A stretch of 64,000 nucleotides of DNA. Origin: Octopus bimaculoides (lineage: Eukaryota). The stretch's first letter is position 1. Every line of letters begins with the position of its first letter. The stretch spans positions 12,860,613 through 12,924,612 of the forward strand of contig NC_068982.1 of NCBI RefSeq assembly GCF_001194135.2, given 5' to 3'. The notes beneath the pieces are model-generated. The model had not been told where the DNA came from. It did no database searches and saw only the letters and a list, made by a program, of their open reading frames with translations. The translations under genes and the position numbers were made by a program. This document shows positions 13,119-24,290 of the stretch, piece after piece.

Positions 13119-13489
13119 GTAACCAGGAGTTTCTTGTTACTGTCTGTGAGACTATCTTTCATTATTCTTTCTTTAGAATTTATTTAATAACCTATTTCTA
13201 CTTTATTTGCTTATTTCTATATACTGCATTGTTTATAAATCTTCGCAAACAAAGAAATTATTACTATTATTGTTGTTGTTGCTGCTGTTGTTGTTGTTAT
13301 TATATCAGCAGAATTGCTTCCATGCCAGAGAAAATGCTTTGTCGTATTTTGTCCTTTACATTCTGAGTTCATTTTCTGCCGAGGCCTACTTTGCCTGTCA
13401 TCCAAACTCCCACAAGGGCTAAAGGAAGGGTTTGGACATGTCTTAAAAGGAATAAGGAAACCCAAAACATTAAAGAAAGCCCCAAACAT

Positions 13490-13690
13490 TGTACTGGTGC
13501 CATGTGAAAAGTACTTAGTGCACTCTGTTAAGTGGTTGGCAGTAAGAAGGGCACCCAGCTGTAGAAACGAAGCCAAAACAGATCATTGAACCTGGCATGG
13601 TTCCTGGCCTTTCCAGCTCCTATCAAACTGTCCAACTCATGTCAGCATGTAAAACAGATGTTGAATAATAACAATGATGATGATGATAAA
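13490..13690 (+). mobile_element. Diverged family C 3' part
   Basis: GTGGTTGGCAGTAAGAAGGGCACCCAGCTGTAGAAAC ... (GAT)n. Confidence 0.75.
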
Positions 13691-14439
13691 AGTGGAACCA
13701 GTCTCCTTCTCAAGCTCTATGAAGTTCGTTGAATAGCTAATGAAAGACTGGTCGGTGTTTTGGAAAATATATTGAGAGAGAAAGAGACAAAGTAAAAGAT
13801 TTAGAGTAGATTGAAGAAGAAAATGGATTTTGACTCTGAGTAACATGCAAGTGATGGGCTAATAAAAACCAGTTTTAAGGTCCATGGACAATTGTACCTT
13901 AGTTTCTAGGAGAACATGGGGTCTTTCTCACCTACACTGTCATCTGAGTTGCTCATGGATACATAAAGAACAGAAGAAATTGATTATGTTTCTGGAATAA
14001 ATGGAAGCAAAAGGCAGTCAACATCATGAAGGACTGTGATCAAATTCAGGTGGCAGCTTCACATTATTTTGTGTGATATTTATTTTTTTACATTCTGTTA
14101 TATCGCAATACTACACAGTGGCTGTGTGAGCTACGAAATCCTTGTTGCCACTGTTATATTGCACGTTCGGCTGACCTCTACTCAACTAATACAATGTCTA
14201 GACTTCTCCCTCTATATCTACGTATTGGGCTAGCCTACTTCATCATCTGGGGGCGTCAAACACAACACATTCATGTGTATCTATCCCAATGTATTATAAA
14301 ATATCTTTGTATCATAACTCTGTTTTTCTCTAGTGCTATACGTACATCTTACATGGTTTTGTAATTTCCATTTTGTAGCACGTTGTTCTATTTTAAAATT
14401 ATTTCTGGAGGAAAAATTAAGATTATTATAATTATCGAT

Positions 14440-14640
14440 TTCAAATGTTGGTACAAGGCCAGCAACTTCAGGGAGTAAGTTGATTATATCAACCCCAAGA
14501 ATCAGACTGGTGCTTATTTAATGACCCCAAAAGGAATGAAAACCAAAGTCAGCCTCAGTGGAATTTGAACTCAGAATGTAAAGACAGATGAAATGCTACA
14601 AAGCGTTTTTTTCTGGGATGCTAATGATTCTACCAGTTTT
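14440..14640 (-). mobile_element. Family A SINE
   Basis: Typical body and head on the minus strand. Confidence 0.8.
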
Positions 14641-14644
14641 CCAG

Positions 14645-15075
14645 CACTGTCCGAGCATGATCGTTGCCAAAGCAACTGTCTGGCTTCTGTGCCAGTGGCA
14701 CATAAATAGCACCATTTGAGTGTAATCGTTACCAGTGTCGCCTTCCTGGCACTTGTGCCGGTGGCACATGAAAAGACATTCAAGCAAGGTCGTTGCCAGT
14801 GCCACCGGACTGGCTCCTATGCAGGTGGCACATAAAATACACCATTTTGAGCATGGCTGTTGCCAGTACCGCCTGACTGGCCTTCTTGCCGGTGGCACGT
14901 AAAAGCACCCACTACACTCTCGGAGTGGTTGGCATTAGGAAGGGCATCCAGCTGTAGAAACTCTGCCAGATCAGATTGTAGCTTGGTGCATCCATCTGGT
15001 TTGCCAGTCCTCAGTCAAATCGTCCAACCCATACTAGCATGGAAAGCGGACGTTAAACGATGATGATGATGATGG
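14645..15075 (+). mobile_element. Family C retroposon with about 4 internal ~65-bp units
   Basis: GTGGCA(C) recurs at 14695, 14761, 14825 and 14892, then GGTTGGCATTAGGAAGGGCATCCAGCTGTAGAAAC tail and (GAT)n. Confidence 0.9.
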
Positions 15076-15187
15076 TTATCATGATTATTTTCACTTCTGA
15101 AGCAGCAATCTCTGTTTTGAGTTCAGATTATTTTCCAAACTTAGAAAAGATTTTCAGTTTTTTTCATTTGTTTTAATCAAATTATAG

Positions 15188-15256
15188 GATCCAGAAGAGA
15201 ATGGAAGTTCAGATAATACTCCAAGTATAATGAAGTTTATCAAAGACTTCAAATAA
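15188..15256 (+). CDS. Candidate terminal exon, DPEENGSSDNTPSIMKFIKDFK*
   Basis: Long T-rich acceptor ttttttcatttgttttaatcaaattatag|. Confidence 0.22.
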   Translation, partial: DPEENGSSDNTPSIMKFIKDFK

Positions 15257-15599
15257 TCGTTTTCTACTTTTAACTGCAACCATAGGTTTTTCTAAGGATT
15301 GAATGCTTAATTGTGCATGCCCAGTGGGTATTTGGAAACATTGTCATTTGCTAAATCTTCTAGGTTAGATGAAATTGATATCGTAGTCACCAGTAAGCTT
15401 TGGATAGAAAGAGAAGTCTCAATCTCAGACAAGTTTTATGGAAGACAGACAAGAGCAGCAAGTTTAGATCAAAGAACTGATTCTTTAATTGGAAATAAAA
15501 ATTAGGAGAGAGAGTATACATCCGGAGTGAAGAGAAGTAGGAAGGCTACAATTTGAAAACATTATTATTAAGAATGTAAATCTCACTGGGAGAGGTGGG

Positions 15600-15641
15600 T
15601 TAGGGTTAGGGTTAGGGTTAGGGTTAGGGTTAGGGTTAGGG
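15600..15641 (+). repeat. Interstitial (TTAGGG)7 telomere-type repeat
   Basis: Seven perfect TTAGGG units. Confidence 0.95.
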
Positions 15642-15773
15642 TGTTGGTGTCTAGCATTTATTCCTTTATTTTCTATAGAATACCAGTCAGGTCAATAAAA
15701 CATACTATCCATAGAAAATTTATGTCCTTGAGCTAAAGTAATAAATCTGGATTAAGAACAAAGCTTTAATCTG

Positions 15774-15936
15774 TTAACCCTTTTAATGCTAATATGTTTG
15801 AGTTCGGCTTTGATTCTATGTATCAAACAACAGCTTAATAAGGATAGAGTTATTTTGCTAAATTCTTAACTATTTTCAAAATTAATTAAAACAAACACAA
15901 TGTAATTAAACAGAAATATGGTAACAAAAGGGTTAA
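15774..15936. mobile_element. Short piggyBac-type MITE
   Basis: TTAA-CCCTTT ... AAAGGG-TTAA termini. Confidence 0.7.
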
Positions 15937-16121
15937 ACTTAGTTAAACACAGAAATTGTATTGTGAATGGAAGAACAAGGAAGACAAGACTGACAAAGGT
16001 TTAGTCAAACATGTAAAAAGAATGATGGTACTGATCAAGGAGACTTATTATCAATGGGATTCCAGTCATGACTACCTTGTCTTGTTTGTAAGCATTACAT
16101 TCTAATGTACACTTCACCTTT

Positions 16122-16535
16122 ACTCTTTTACTCTTTTACTTGTTTCAGTCATTTGACTGTGGCCATGTTGGAGCACCACGGTTAGTCAAGCAAATCGACC
16201 CCAGGACTTATTCTTCGTAAGCCTAGTACTTATTCTATCGGTCTCTTTTGCTGAACTACTAAGATACAGGCACATAAACACACCAGCATCGGTTGTCAAG
16301 CGATGTTGGGGGGACAAACACAGACACACAAACATACACACACACACACACATACACAAATACACACATAAATACGATGGGCTTCTTTCAGTTTCCATCA
16401 ACCAAATCCACTCACAAGGCTTTGGTCAGCCCGAGGCTATAGTAGAAGACACTTGCCCAAGGTGCCATGCAGTGGGACTGAACCCAGAACCATGTGGTTC
16501 GTAAGCAAGCTACTTACCACACAGCCACTCCTACA
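16122..16535 (-). mobile_element. Family B SINE
   Basis: Near full-length copy with (CTTTTACT)n tail. Confidence 0.92.
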
Positions 16536-16974
16536 CCTATTTGAAAACAATAGAGAATTTTTTTGTTTGGAGGAAAATTTAGAAGCTATTTACAGCATAT
16601 TGCACGACCATATAGAGGCTGCTTTACTGGCTGAGAGAATGGCAAGTATTTAAGACTAGTGGCAGAATAGAAGCAAAGAATTAATGAGAAAGAAGAACAT
16701 AATGACTTGCCATTTTCTTGGGTAAATCCAAATTTAATGTCTGTAATCCAATAATTTTTTTTTTTTTTTACATATTTCTTCCCTGTGAGGATATAAAGAA
16801 TCAATATTTTGTCTCATATTTACAAGGAGAAATACAATTGTGAGATTTTATCACACTTATTTAATCATTTTTTTCCTTTTTGGTAACTTCAAAAACTTAA
16901 AAACACAAAATGCAAATTGTTTGGTTCCTTTATGGGCCTGCCGTAATGTTTCTTTAACTCTTTCTTAACATACA

Positions 16975-17137
16975 GGCGTAGGAGTGGCTGTGTGGTATGT
17001 AGCTTGCTTACCAGCCACATGGTTCTGGGTTCAGTCCCACTGCGTGGCACCTTGGGCAAGAGTCTTCTACTATAGCCTCGGGCCGACTAAAGCATCGTGA
17101 GTGGATTTGGTAGATGGAAACTGAAGGAAGCCTGTTG

Positions 17138-17170
<33 letters not shown>

Positions 17171-17372
17171 GTTTGTGTGTCTGCGTTTGTCCCCCCAACA
17201 TTGCTTGACAATAGATGCTGGTGTGTTTATGTCCCCTTGATCTAGCGGTTCAGCAAGAGAGACCGATAGAATAAGTACTAGGCTTACAAAGAATAAGTCC
17301 TGGGGTTGATTTGCTCGACTGGAGGTGGTGCCCCAGCATGGCCGCAGTCAAATGACCGAAACAAAAAAAAAA
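16975..17372 (+). mobile_element. Family B SINE
   Basis: Near full-length copy. Confidence 0.92.
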
Positions 17373-17460
17373 TACAATTTTGCTTGTTCTTTCTGACCAC
17401 AATATGTTTTGTGTTTCATTATCTATGAACAAATTGTGTAATTAAAAAAAAATTTAATCT

Positions 17461-17790
17461 CAGATGGACACAACCTGTAATATATTCGGGCTCTTTATGG
17501 GCACATGCAGATTTTAAAATTCTTTATGGACACAACAGTCTTCTTTCGGTCCTTGTGGGTGCAACATACAGACAATTTTATCCAGTTTGGATGCAACATG
17601 CAGTTTTCATCCTTTATTACACAACATGGTCTGTTTGGGTCCTTCCTGGATATATGCAATTTGTTTTGGTCCTTAATGGACAAGATATGCAATACTTTGA
17701 GTCCTTTATGGAGACAATATTCAGATATTTGGGTTCTTTGTGAACATAATATACTCTAGAAGGTTCTTAGTGTAGATCATGCATATAAGC
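17461..17790. repeat. Degenerate ~28-32 bp tandem array (about 10-11 units)
   Basis: Approximate unit GGTCCTTTATGGACACAACATGCAGATTTT, aligned by eye. Confidence 0.7.
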
Positions 17791-18364
17791 TACTCACCAT
17801 AGAGTCAAAACCAAAATTCTGTTTTAGATATCTTATTCATGGTCCAGCAATAAATGTGCATTTATATCTAGAACACATTACGACTCACAGCAGTTTTTGT
17901 CAAGTCGTTGGTTCTCTTCATTATTTCCAAACTGTGTCGAACATGTTTTCAGGGAGAATGGATGGAGAAATGTAACTAAAAACATTAGGATTTACTGTAG
18001 AATAAATAAACCGAGGAGGAATTCAACTGTGATTCTATCTTAGAATCTTACTGAGTAAATATTTATTCAAACTCATAAAGTTTAAAGTCAAATTTTAAAT
18101 TCAATATTCAGAAAGAATATTTGTTTTATTATAAATGAAATTGGATGTATTATAAGTCATATTTTTGCCAAGAAAAAAAAAAATGGAATTTTATTTTCAT
18201 TTTCCACTTCAGAAGAAGGCAACAAACTGTGATGATATATTTAAGTGATAATAAAAGTTGTTCTGTAAGATTAACTATAATAAATTTGATTTATGCTTAA
18301 GGCTGTCAAATATCATTGAAAGCAAAGAGAAAACAAATTGAATTTATATTCTATTTCCCTTCAG

Positions 18365-18370
18365 TGATGG
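18365..18370 (+). CDS. Candidate 6-nt micro-exon (TGATGG)
   Basis: tttatattctatttcccttcag|TGATGG|gtaagc. Confidence 0.28.
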
Positions 18371-18953
18371 GTAAGCCAAGAATGAATGGCAAAAATATGT
18401 GTTTACATTTTCTAAGCAGTGTTTTTTATGCAGATATACAAAGACAAAGTGAAAGACTTGGTTTCATATATCTGCACAATAACACTCGGTTTAGAATGTA
18501 TAAGTACAATGAAAACTGAAGAGTGTTTTAGAAAAGCATTACAATAGAACCACTCACTCCATAAACATTACCATAGACAAGAATAACACACCATCACTTT
18601 CATAATTATTGATTTCTGACACAGGCACAAGGTCTTACATTTATGGGGAATGTATGGTTTATTACTCTATTTCTCAAAGTAGGTTATGCAAAAAAAAATC
18701 TAAGGTTCCACAAAACAAGGGCTTTTTAATAAAATCTGATGAAAATATATCTTATAAAAATGGTTTCATCATTCAAACTAATGTTATATGTTTCATATAT
18801 TATATGAATAATTTCTCTCCCTAAAAATATTCTTGTTTCATTTAATGTTTTACTAAGATTCAGGTGGTAAGACAATTGCAGCATGGAAGGTGTTTATAAG
18901 CCATTTAAGAAACACACAAAAACCATTAGATTCACTTCAACATTTAAATTTAA

Positions 18954-19005
18954 TTTGCTAAAATATTTTCGTCGCTTTGAGACCGCAACCTGTTCACTGA
19001 CAAAA
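18954..19005 (-). ncRNA. Minimal type I hammerhead-ribozyme-like motif with G3-C8 core variant
   Basis: Minus strand: tttgtca GUGAACA g guugc-ggucucaaa-gcgac GAAA auau UU uagcaaa. Confidence 0.5.
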
Positions 19006-19559
19006 TTCCATGTTGTCTTTAAAATATACATGTGATTTCAGTGATTTCTAGTAAATTATATAAGGCAAAGTGTTGAATATCACAGCACTGAAAATCAGAA
19101 TGTAAATATACAAAACTGGATAAAAAAGAAAAATATAGTCAGCCATCACTTGTGAGTGAGTTTTGCTTGGTAATATTAATCATGCTTTTAAGGTGGCAAG
19201 CTGGAAGAACTGTTAGCAACACTACCCTTTCATCCTTTCAGGGTTGATAAAATAAGTACCAGTTGAATACTGGGGCTGATGTAATTGATTTACTCCCGCC
19301 CCTGCAATTGCTAAACTTGTGCTAAAATTTGAAATCAATATTAATCATGTTATTGCTAATTGGTTCATCTGGTTATGTAGCCACAAGCAAACATATAAAA
19401 CACTTAGCAAAAGTATGATTAATATTGATTTCAAATTTTTGCACAAGGTGAGCAATTTTGGGGAGGGGTAAGTCGATTATATCGACCCCAGTATTCAACT
19501 GGTACTTATCTGGTTATGTAGTCAGAAGCAAAGAGATATTCTCTCATACCTTGATCCAA

Positions 19560-20545
19560 CTGAATATGCAGGACACGATAGCTGAAAGGAGATAGGGCTC
19601 CCCCAGCATATGGCTGGTATGCATTACAGCTGAGCAGACAAGAACAACATGGAATGAAGTGCCTTGCTTAAAAATACTATGCATCTTGCCAGGTGTTGGC
19701 AACCTTTTGATAATGGAGTGCCAAACCTAACTTCCAAAAGCATTGTGCATACCAACCTCATATTATTACTTTTATTAGTAGAGTTTATGTTCTTGTAACT
19801 CGCTATAACAGAAATCTATTTTATTAATCCTTTAATTATTCAAATTGCATGGAAACAAATATAATTTTATTAAAAAATTTTTTTTTAATTATAAACAACA
19901 GAACAAAATTATAAACGAGTTATAAACCACAGTTATGTTAAATTTATATAAATTAATGAGAACCTTGTCCCTGTACATTTTTGGTTAATTTCTCACTATC
20001 AGGTGCATAATTTGTGACTTTTAGCTTCATGCAAGCTTCTGAATGTTGAACTGTCAGACAACTTCTTTGTGGATTCTAAACAGATTTCATATGTGAAAAA
20101 ATTTGTTCACGTGTATAAAGGCTGAAAGCAGAGCATATGAGATTTTCTTCAAAGAATTGACTCTTTCAGGCAATGACATTCAGCAATTGAAGATGGCAAC
20201 AGACTTCCCCAAGCAGCTTATTTCAAGAGATTTTTGTAGTTCCACAAATTTTATTTTCCACAATTCTGAAGTTGTTAATTCAATCATTTCCATTTCAAAA
20301 CTATCGATGTGCATCCACTCAAAAAGTAACAGATCATATGGGTTCGTTTTCTAATCAATCAAGTCAGGTTTGATGAAAAAAGAAAATATAGGAGCATAAG
20401 TTTCCCCATTGTTAATTTGGTCCATATTCTACACATGGCATGCATGCCATAGGTGTGCCAACACCTGCACTACCCAATCCAAGAACTGAACTTAGAACTA
20501 TATGGCCCTGAACTGTACACCCTAACCACTAAGCCATATACTTTC
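19560..20545 (-). mobile_element. Old tRNA SINE (family D-like) split by a hAT insertion
   Basis: GAAGTGCCTTGC..ATGCA left of 19690 continues as ..GAACTGAAC..CCTAACCACTAAGCCAT right of 20467. Confidence 0.6.
19690..20467 (-). mobile_element. Internally deleted hAT (Charlie/Buster/SPIN-like) element
   Basis: TIRs CAGGTGTTGGCAACC / GGTGTGCCAACACCTG; minus-strand remnant of the transposase C-terminus (FEMEMIELTTSELWKIKF...LKKISYALLSAF). Confidence 0.75.
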
Positions 20546-21209
20546 ACATCTAACTAAACACCACATATGACATTTTGTCCACCACTGCTCTATGAATTCT
20601 CCTAATAACATTATTAAAAAATCTCAAACCCTGACCCATTGGCCATGTCATCACACTGTCAATCAAGCAATATCTTCAGATTGCCTCTTTTACTGTTGCT
20701 GTTATTGATTCTACTTCACCAAATATTTTGGCAGTGCTCTCTTTTTCGAGTTTATTTCTCATCTGTTTATCTTATGCTTCTTTTTTCTTTCTAGTCTGGT
20801 GTTTTAAACATTATAAATAATTCTTCATTTAAAGGGCTGCAATTGCCACTAAACTACATGTAGCTGTATGCACTGTTACAAAATACTTTTAAAATTATTT
20901 ATTATCTGCCCTTGTTCTGCATATGCCTTTAATCTTTCAGTTGGTTGAAGTAAAGCAGAAGCCTTTATATGGTAGCTCAACCAGCAAGGAAATATTAGTT
21001 AAATCTTCCACAAATAACACTATACTATCTTGAAAGAGGAAGGACACTTTAGATAATGTAGTAAATTGGATACACAATCGGTCAAATGTCTTCTATCATA
21101 GGTGTAGTGAACATTTCAACTGGTTATATAACCAAGAAAAATCCTTATCTTTATATTCAGAAATGTAAACAAGTCAATTTAAAACATTTTCCACTTTATT
21201 TATCTTCTG

Positions 21210-21795
21210 TTTGTTTCATTCATTTGACTTTGGCCATGCTGGGGCACCACCTTGAAGAATTCTTAGTTGAACGAATCGACTCCCAAGGACTTATTTCTTT
21301 ATAAGTCTCGCACTTCTTTTACCTGTCTCTTTTGCCGAACCAATACCAGGTATATATATCGTTGCTATTATGCAAAAAGTGTTCTAAGTCCAAAACGTTT
21401 TTACAGGAAACGATAAAATAGTTTCCTTATTCCATAGTAAAACCATTGTACTACACTTTGATAATTTTTGATATCTTGGCATCTGAAGCAGCTGGAGATA
21501 TGATAGTTTGACCAAAAGGACCGGCTATTACAAGCAAAAATAAATATTGCGGAAAATGAATTTGGCCAGATTTGGACATACAACAGTTTAACATAATAGC
21601 AACGATATATATATATATATATATATATATACGTTGGGCTCCTTTTAGTTTCTGTCTACCAAATCCATTGACAAGGCTTTGGTCAACCTGAGGCTATAGT
21701 AGAAGACTCTTGGCCAAGGTGCCACATAGTGGGACTGAACCTGGAACCATGTAGTTGGGAAGCAAGCTTCTTATCACACATCCACACCAGCACCT
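21210..21795 (-). mobile_element. Family B SINE interrupted by a MITE
   Basis: 3' part at 21210-21348, 5' part at 21630-21795. Confidence 0.8.
21359..21605. mobile_element. ~247-bp MITE with 14-bp TIRs in TA repeats
   Basis: TCGTTGCTATTATG (21359-21372) / CATAATAGCAACGA (21592-21605), flanked by (TA)n. Confidence 0.8.
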
Positions 21796-22035
21796 AAGTT
21801 ATTTTTTCTACCTTTCATCAGTTTTAACGTTTTTTTTTTTTATTGGTTATCCTTTTGACTTGATAAATTCTTGATTTTCAAGAAATGTACTTAAAAATGA
21901 AGACAGAAGAAAAATTACATCTGCACAAAAATGTAGGTGGATAAGTCTATCTATAAGCAATTACAGGAATATATTTATAAATACATGTAAACAAACCATT
22001 ATTTATTCCTTCATAAAAACCAACTTTTTATATTT

Positions 22036-22069
<34 letters not shown>

Positions 22070-22940
22070 ATAGACACTTAAACACACTGATTGGTAGCTA
22101 GAACACCTGCAACATTTCTGATAGTTTTAAAAGATATGTTCATTTTCGTGGAATTCAAATTCTTTATTGTGTTCAGTTTTAAAAAATGGAAAACAGAATT
22201 GATATTTATTCATAACCAAAATTTAATAATCAAGACATATACGACTCTCTTAAAGAGTTTTAATCTCTCTTAGCTATACTGTCAGAAAGTATTTTCTGTA
22301 GTGCAGTCTTTAACTTTCTTCTTTTCATTGGTGGATTGGTAGAATAATTAGAGCATTAACAAGAAGTCATTTACATTCTGAGTTCAAATATCACCAAATC
22401 AATTTTGCCTTCCATCCTTTCAGGTCAATAATGTGAAATATAAGTCAATAATAGAGGTCAATTTAATTGACTGGCATCTTCTAAATTTCATTAAACAGTG
22501 AGACTATGACAGAATCCTGAATGGTCAGAGAAAGAATTCTGCAGAGATGAGATTCTAGGAAGGAAGGAAAGGTTGGAGGAAGGACTAGGCAAGTCGAAGG
22601 ACCTGTAGTGGAGGGAAAACATGGGTGATGAGAGTTACTCGAACTACTAAAAAATAGCAATTAAATCCCTCTCAAATCAAAACCTACCATCTTAAAATAG
22701 GAAGGATACCTTGGATAATGCTTTGGATAAAATATGGAACGATACTGCTTGAAAGCCTTTGAATTATCGATCAGCTTAATGAGGAGAGACTTGGGGTTAA
22801 ACAAGAAGACTGTTCAAAATAATAAACTGAAAGGAAGCTGAGATTAAAGAAAAGGACAACAAAACCTGCCGAATAAAATATTTCTAGAAAGTAACCAGCT
22901 TGTGCAGAAGTTGTTATCACGAAACTCTTTATTTTTGTAG

Positions 22941-22958
22941 AATGGAAGTTAGAATAAA
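22941..22958 (+). CDS. Candidate 18-nt micro-exon (phase 2-2, MEVRI)
   Basis: ctctttatttttgtag|AATGGAAGTTAGAATAAA|gtatgt; only one frame open. Confidence 0.28.
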
Positions 22959-22999
22959 GTATGTATGTGCACTCTAAACAGGAAAATATTACATTGCTT

Positions 23000-23410
23000 T
23001 CAAATTTTGGCACAAGGCCAGCATTTTAGGGAGAGGAGTAACTCATTTACATTGACTCCAAAAAGATGAAATACAAAGTCAACTTTGATGGAATTTTAAC
23101 TCAGAAGATGAAGATGGACAAAATACTGCTAAGCATTTTGCCTGAGGTTACTAATGATTCTTCCAGCTTGCCTTCTTAGGAAAATATATTGATTTTAAAT
23201 TTTAGCGCAAGGCCAACAATTCCAAGGGAGGGTTTAGAGTTGGTTACATCGACCCCAGTATTCAAGTGGTACTTATTTCTTTCAGTTATGCAAGGATGAA
23301 AGCCAATGTCTGCCTTGGCAGTATTTGAACTCAGAGCTTAAAGATGGACAAAATACCACTAAGCATTTTGCCAGGTGTGCTAACAATTCTGATAGCTTGC
23401 TGCCTTAGAA
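23000..23410 (-). mobile_element. Two family A SINEs in tandem
   Basis: Two successive head/body matches. Confidence 0.8.
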
Positions 23411-23420
23411 AAATATTATA

Positions 23421-23893
23421 TTAGCCCTTTCATTACTGTATTTATTTTGAGATGCTCTATGTTTCTTTCAATTACTTTAAATATAATAAAGAATTTAGTA
23501 AAATAACTTAGTTATCACTAAGCTAGTGTTAGGAACATAAATTGTGACTAAGGTTTGGTGAATGATTTTAATTCAAAACTTTTGAAAACAAGACATTTGA
23601 ACTACAGAGCCAGAGGTGGTTTCAGCCAGGTTGGTATAAAATGGGTTAAATTAATCATTTGTTAACCCTTTTGTTACCATATTTATTTTGAGATACTCTG
23701 TGTTTCTTTCAATTGATTTTAAATATAACAAGGAATTTAGTAAAATAACTTAGTTATCACTAAGCTAGTGTTAGGAACATAAATTGTGACTAAGGTTTGG
23801 TGGAAGATTTTAATTCAGAACTTATGAAAATAAGACATTTTTACTCAGAGCCAGAGGTAGTAGTTTCAGACAGGTTGGTATCGAAAGGGTTAA
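23421..23893. mobile_element. Tandem dimer of ~230-bp piggyBac-type MITE
   Basis: Each monomer has (TTAA)CCCTTT...GGG(TTAA)-type ends; spacer ATTAATCATTTG at 23650-23661. Confidence 0.85.
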
Positions 23894-24065
23894 TAACACA
23901 TTAACACGTAAACAGTGATGCTGAAATTATGTTAAATGATGAAGTATACAGCTTTTGGCAAGTCTAAATAGAGAAAAGCCAGAAATAATGCAGCAAAAAT
24001 TCTAATCTACTGCAATAAATTTGAACAAGTAGAAGCAATTAGCAATTGGTCTTAACGAAGCTTTA

Positions 24066-24290
24066 TAAGGTGGCAAGCTGGCAGAATCATTAGCACGTCG
24101 AGTGAAATGCTTAGCAGTATTATTTCGTCTGCCTCTACGTTCTGAGTTCAAATTCCACCGAGGTCGACTTTGCTCTTCATCCTTTCAGGGTCGATGAAAT
24201 AAGTACCAGTTATGCACTGGAGTTGACGTAATCGACTGGCCCCCTTCCTCGCCAAAGTTTGCAAGACCTTGTGCATAGAGTAGAAATAAT
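24066..24290 (+). mobile_element. Family A SINE
   Basis: Full-length match. Confidence 0.9.
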
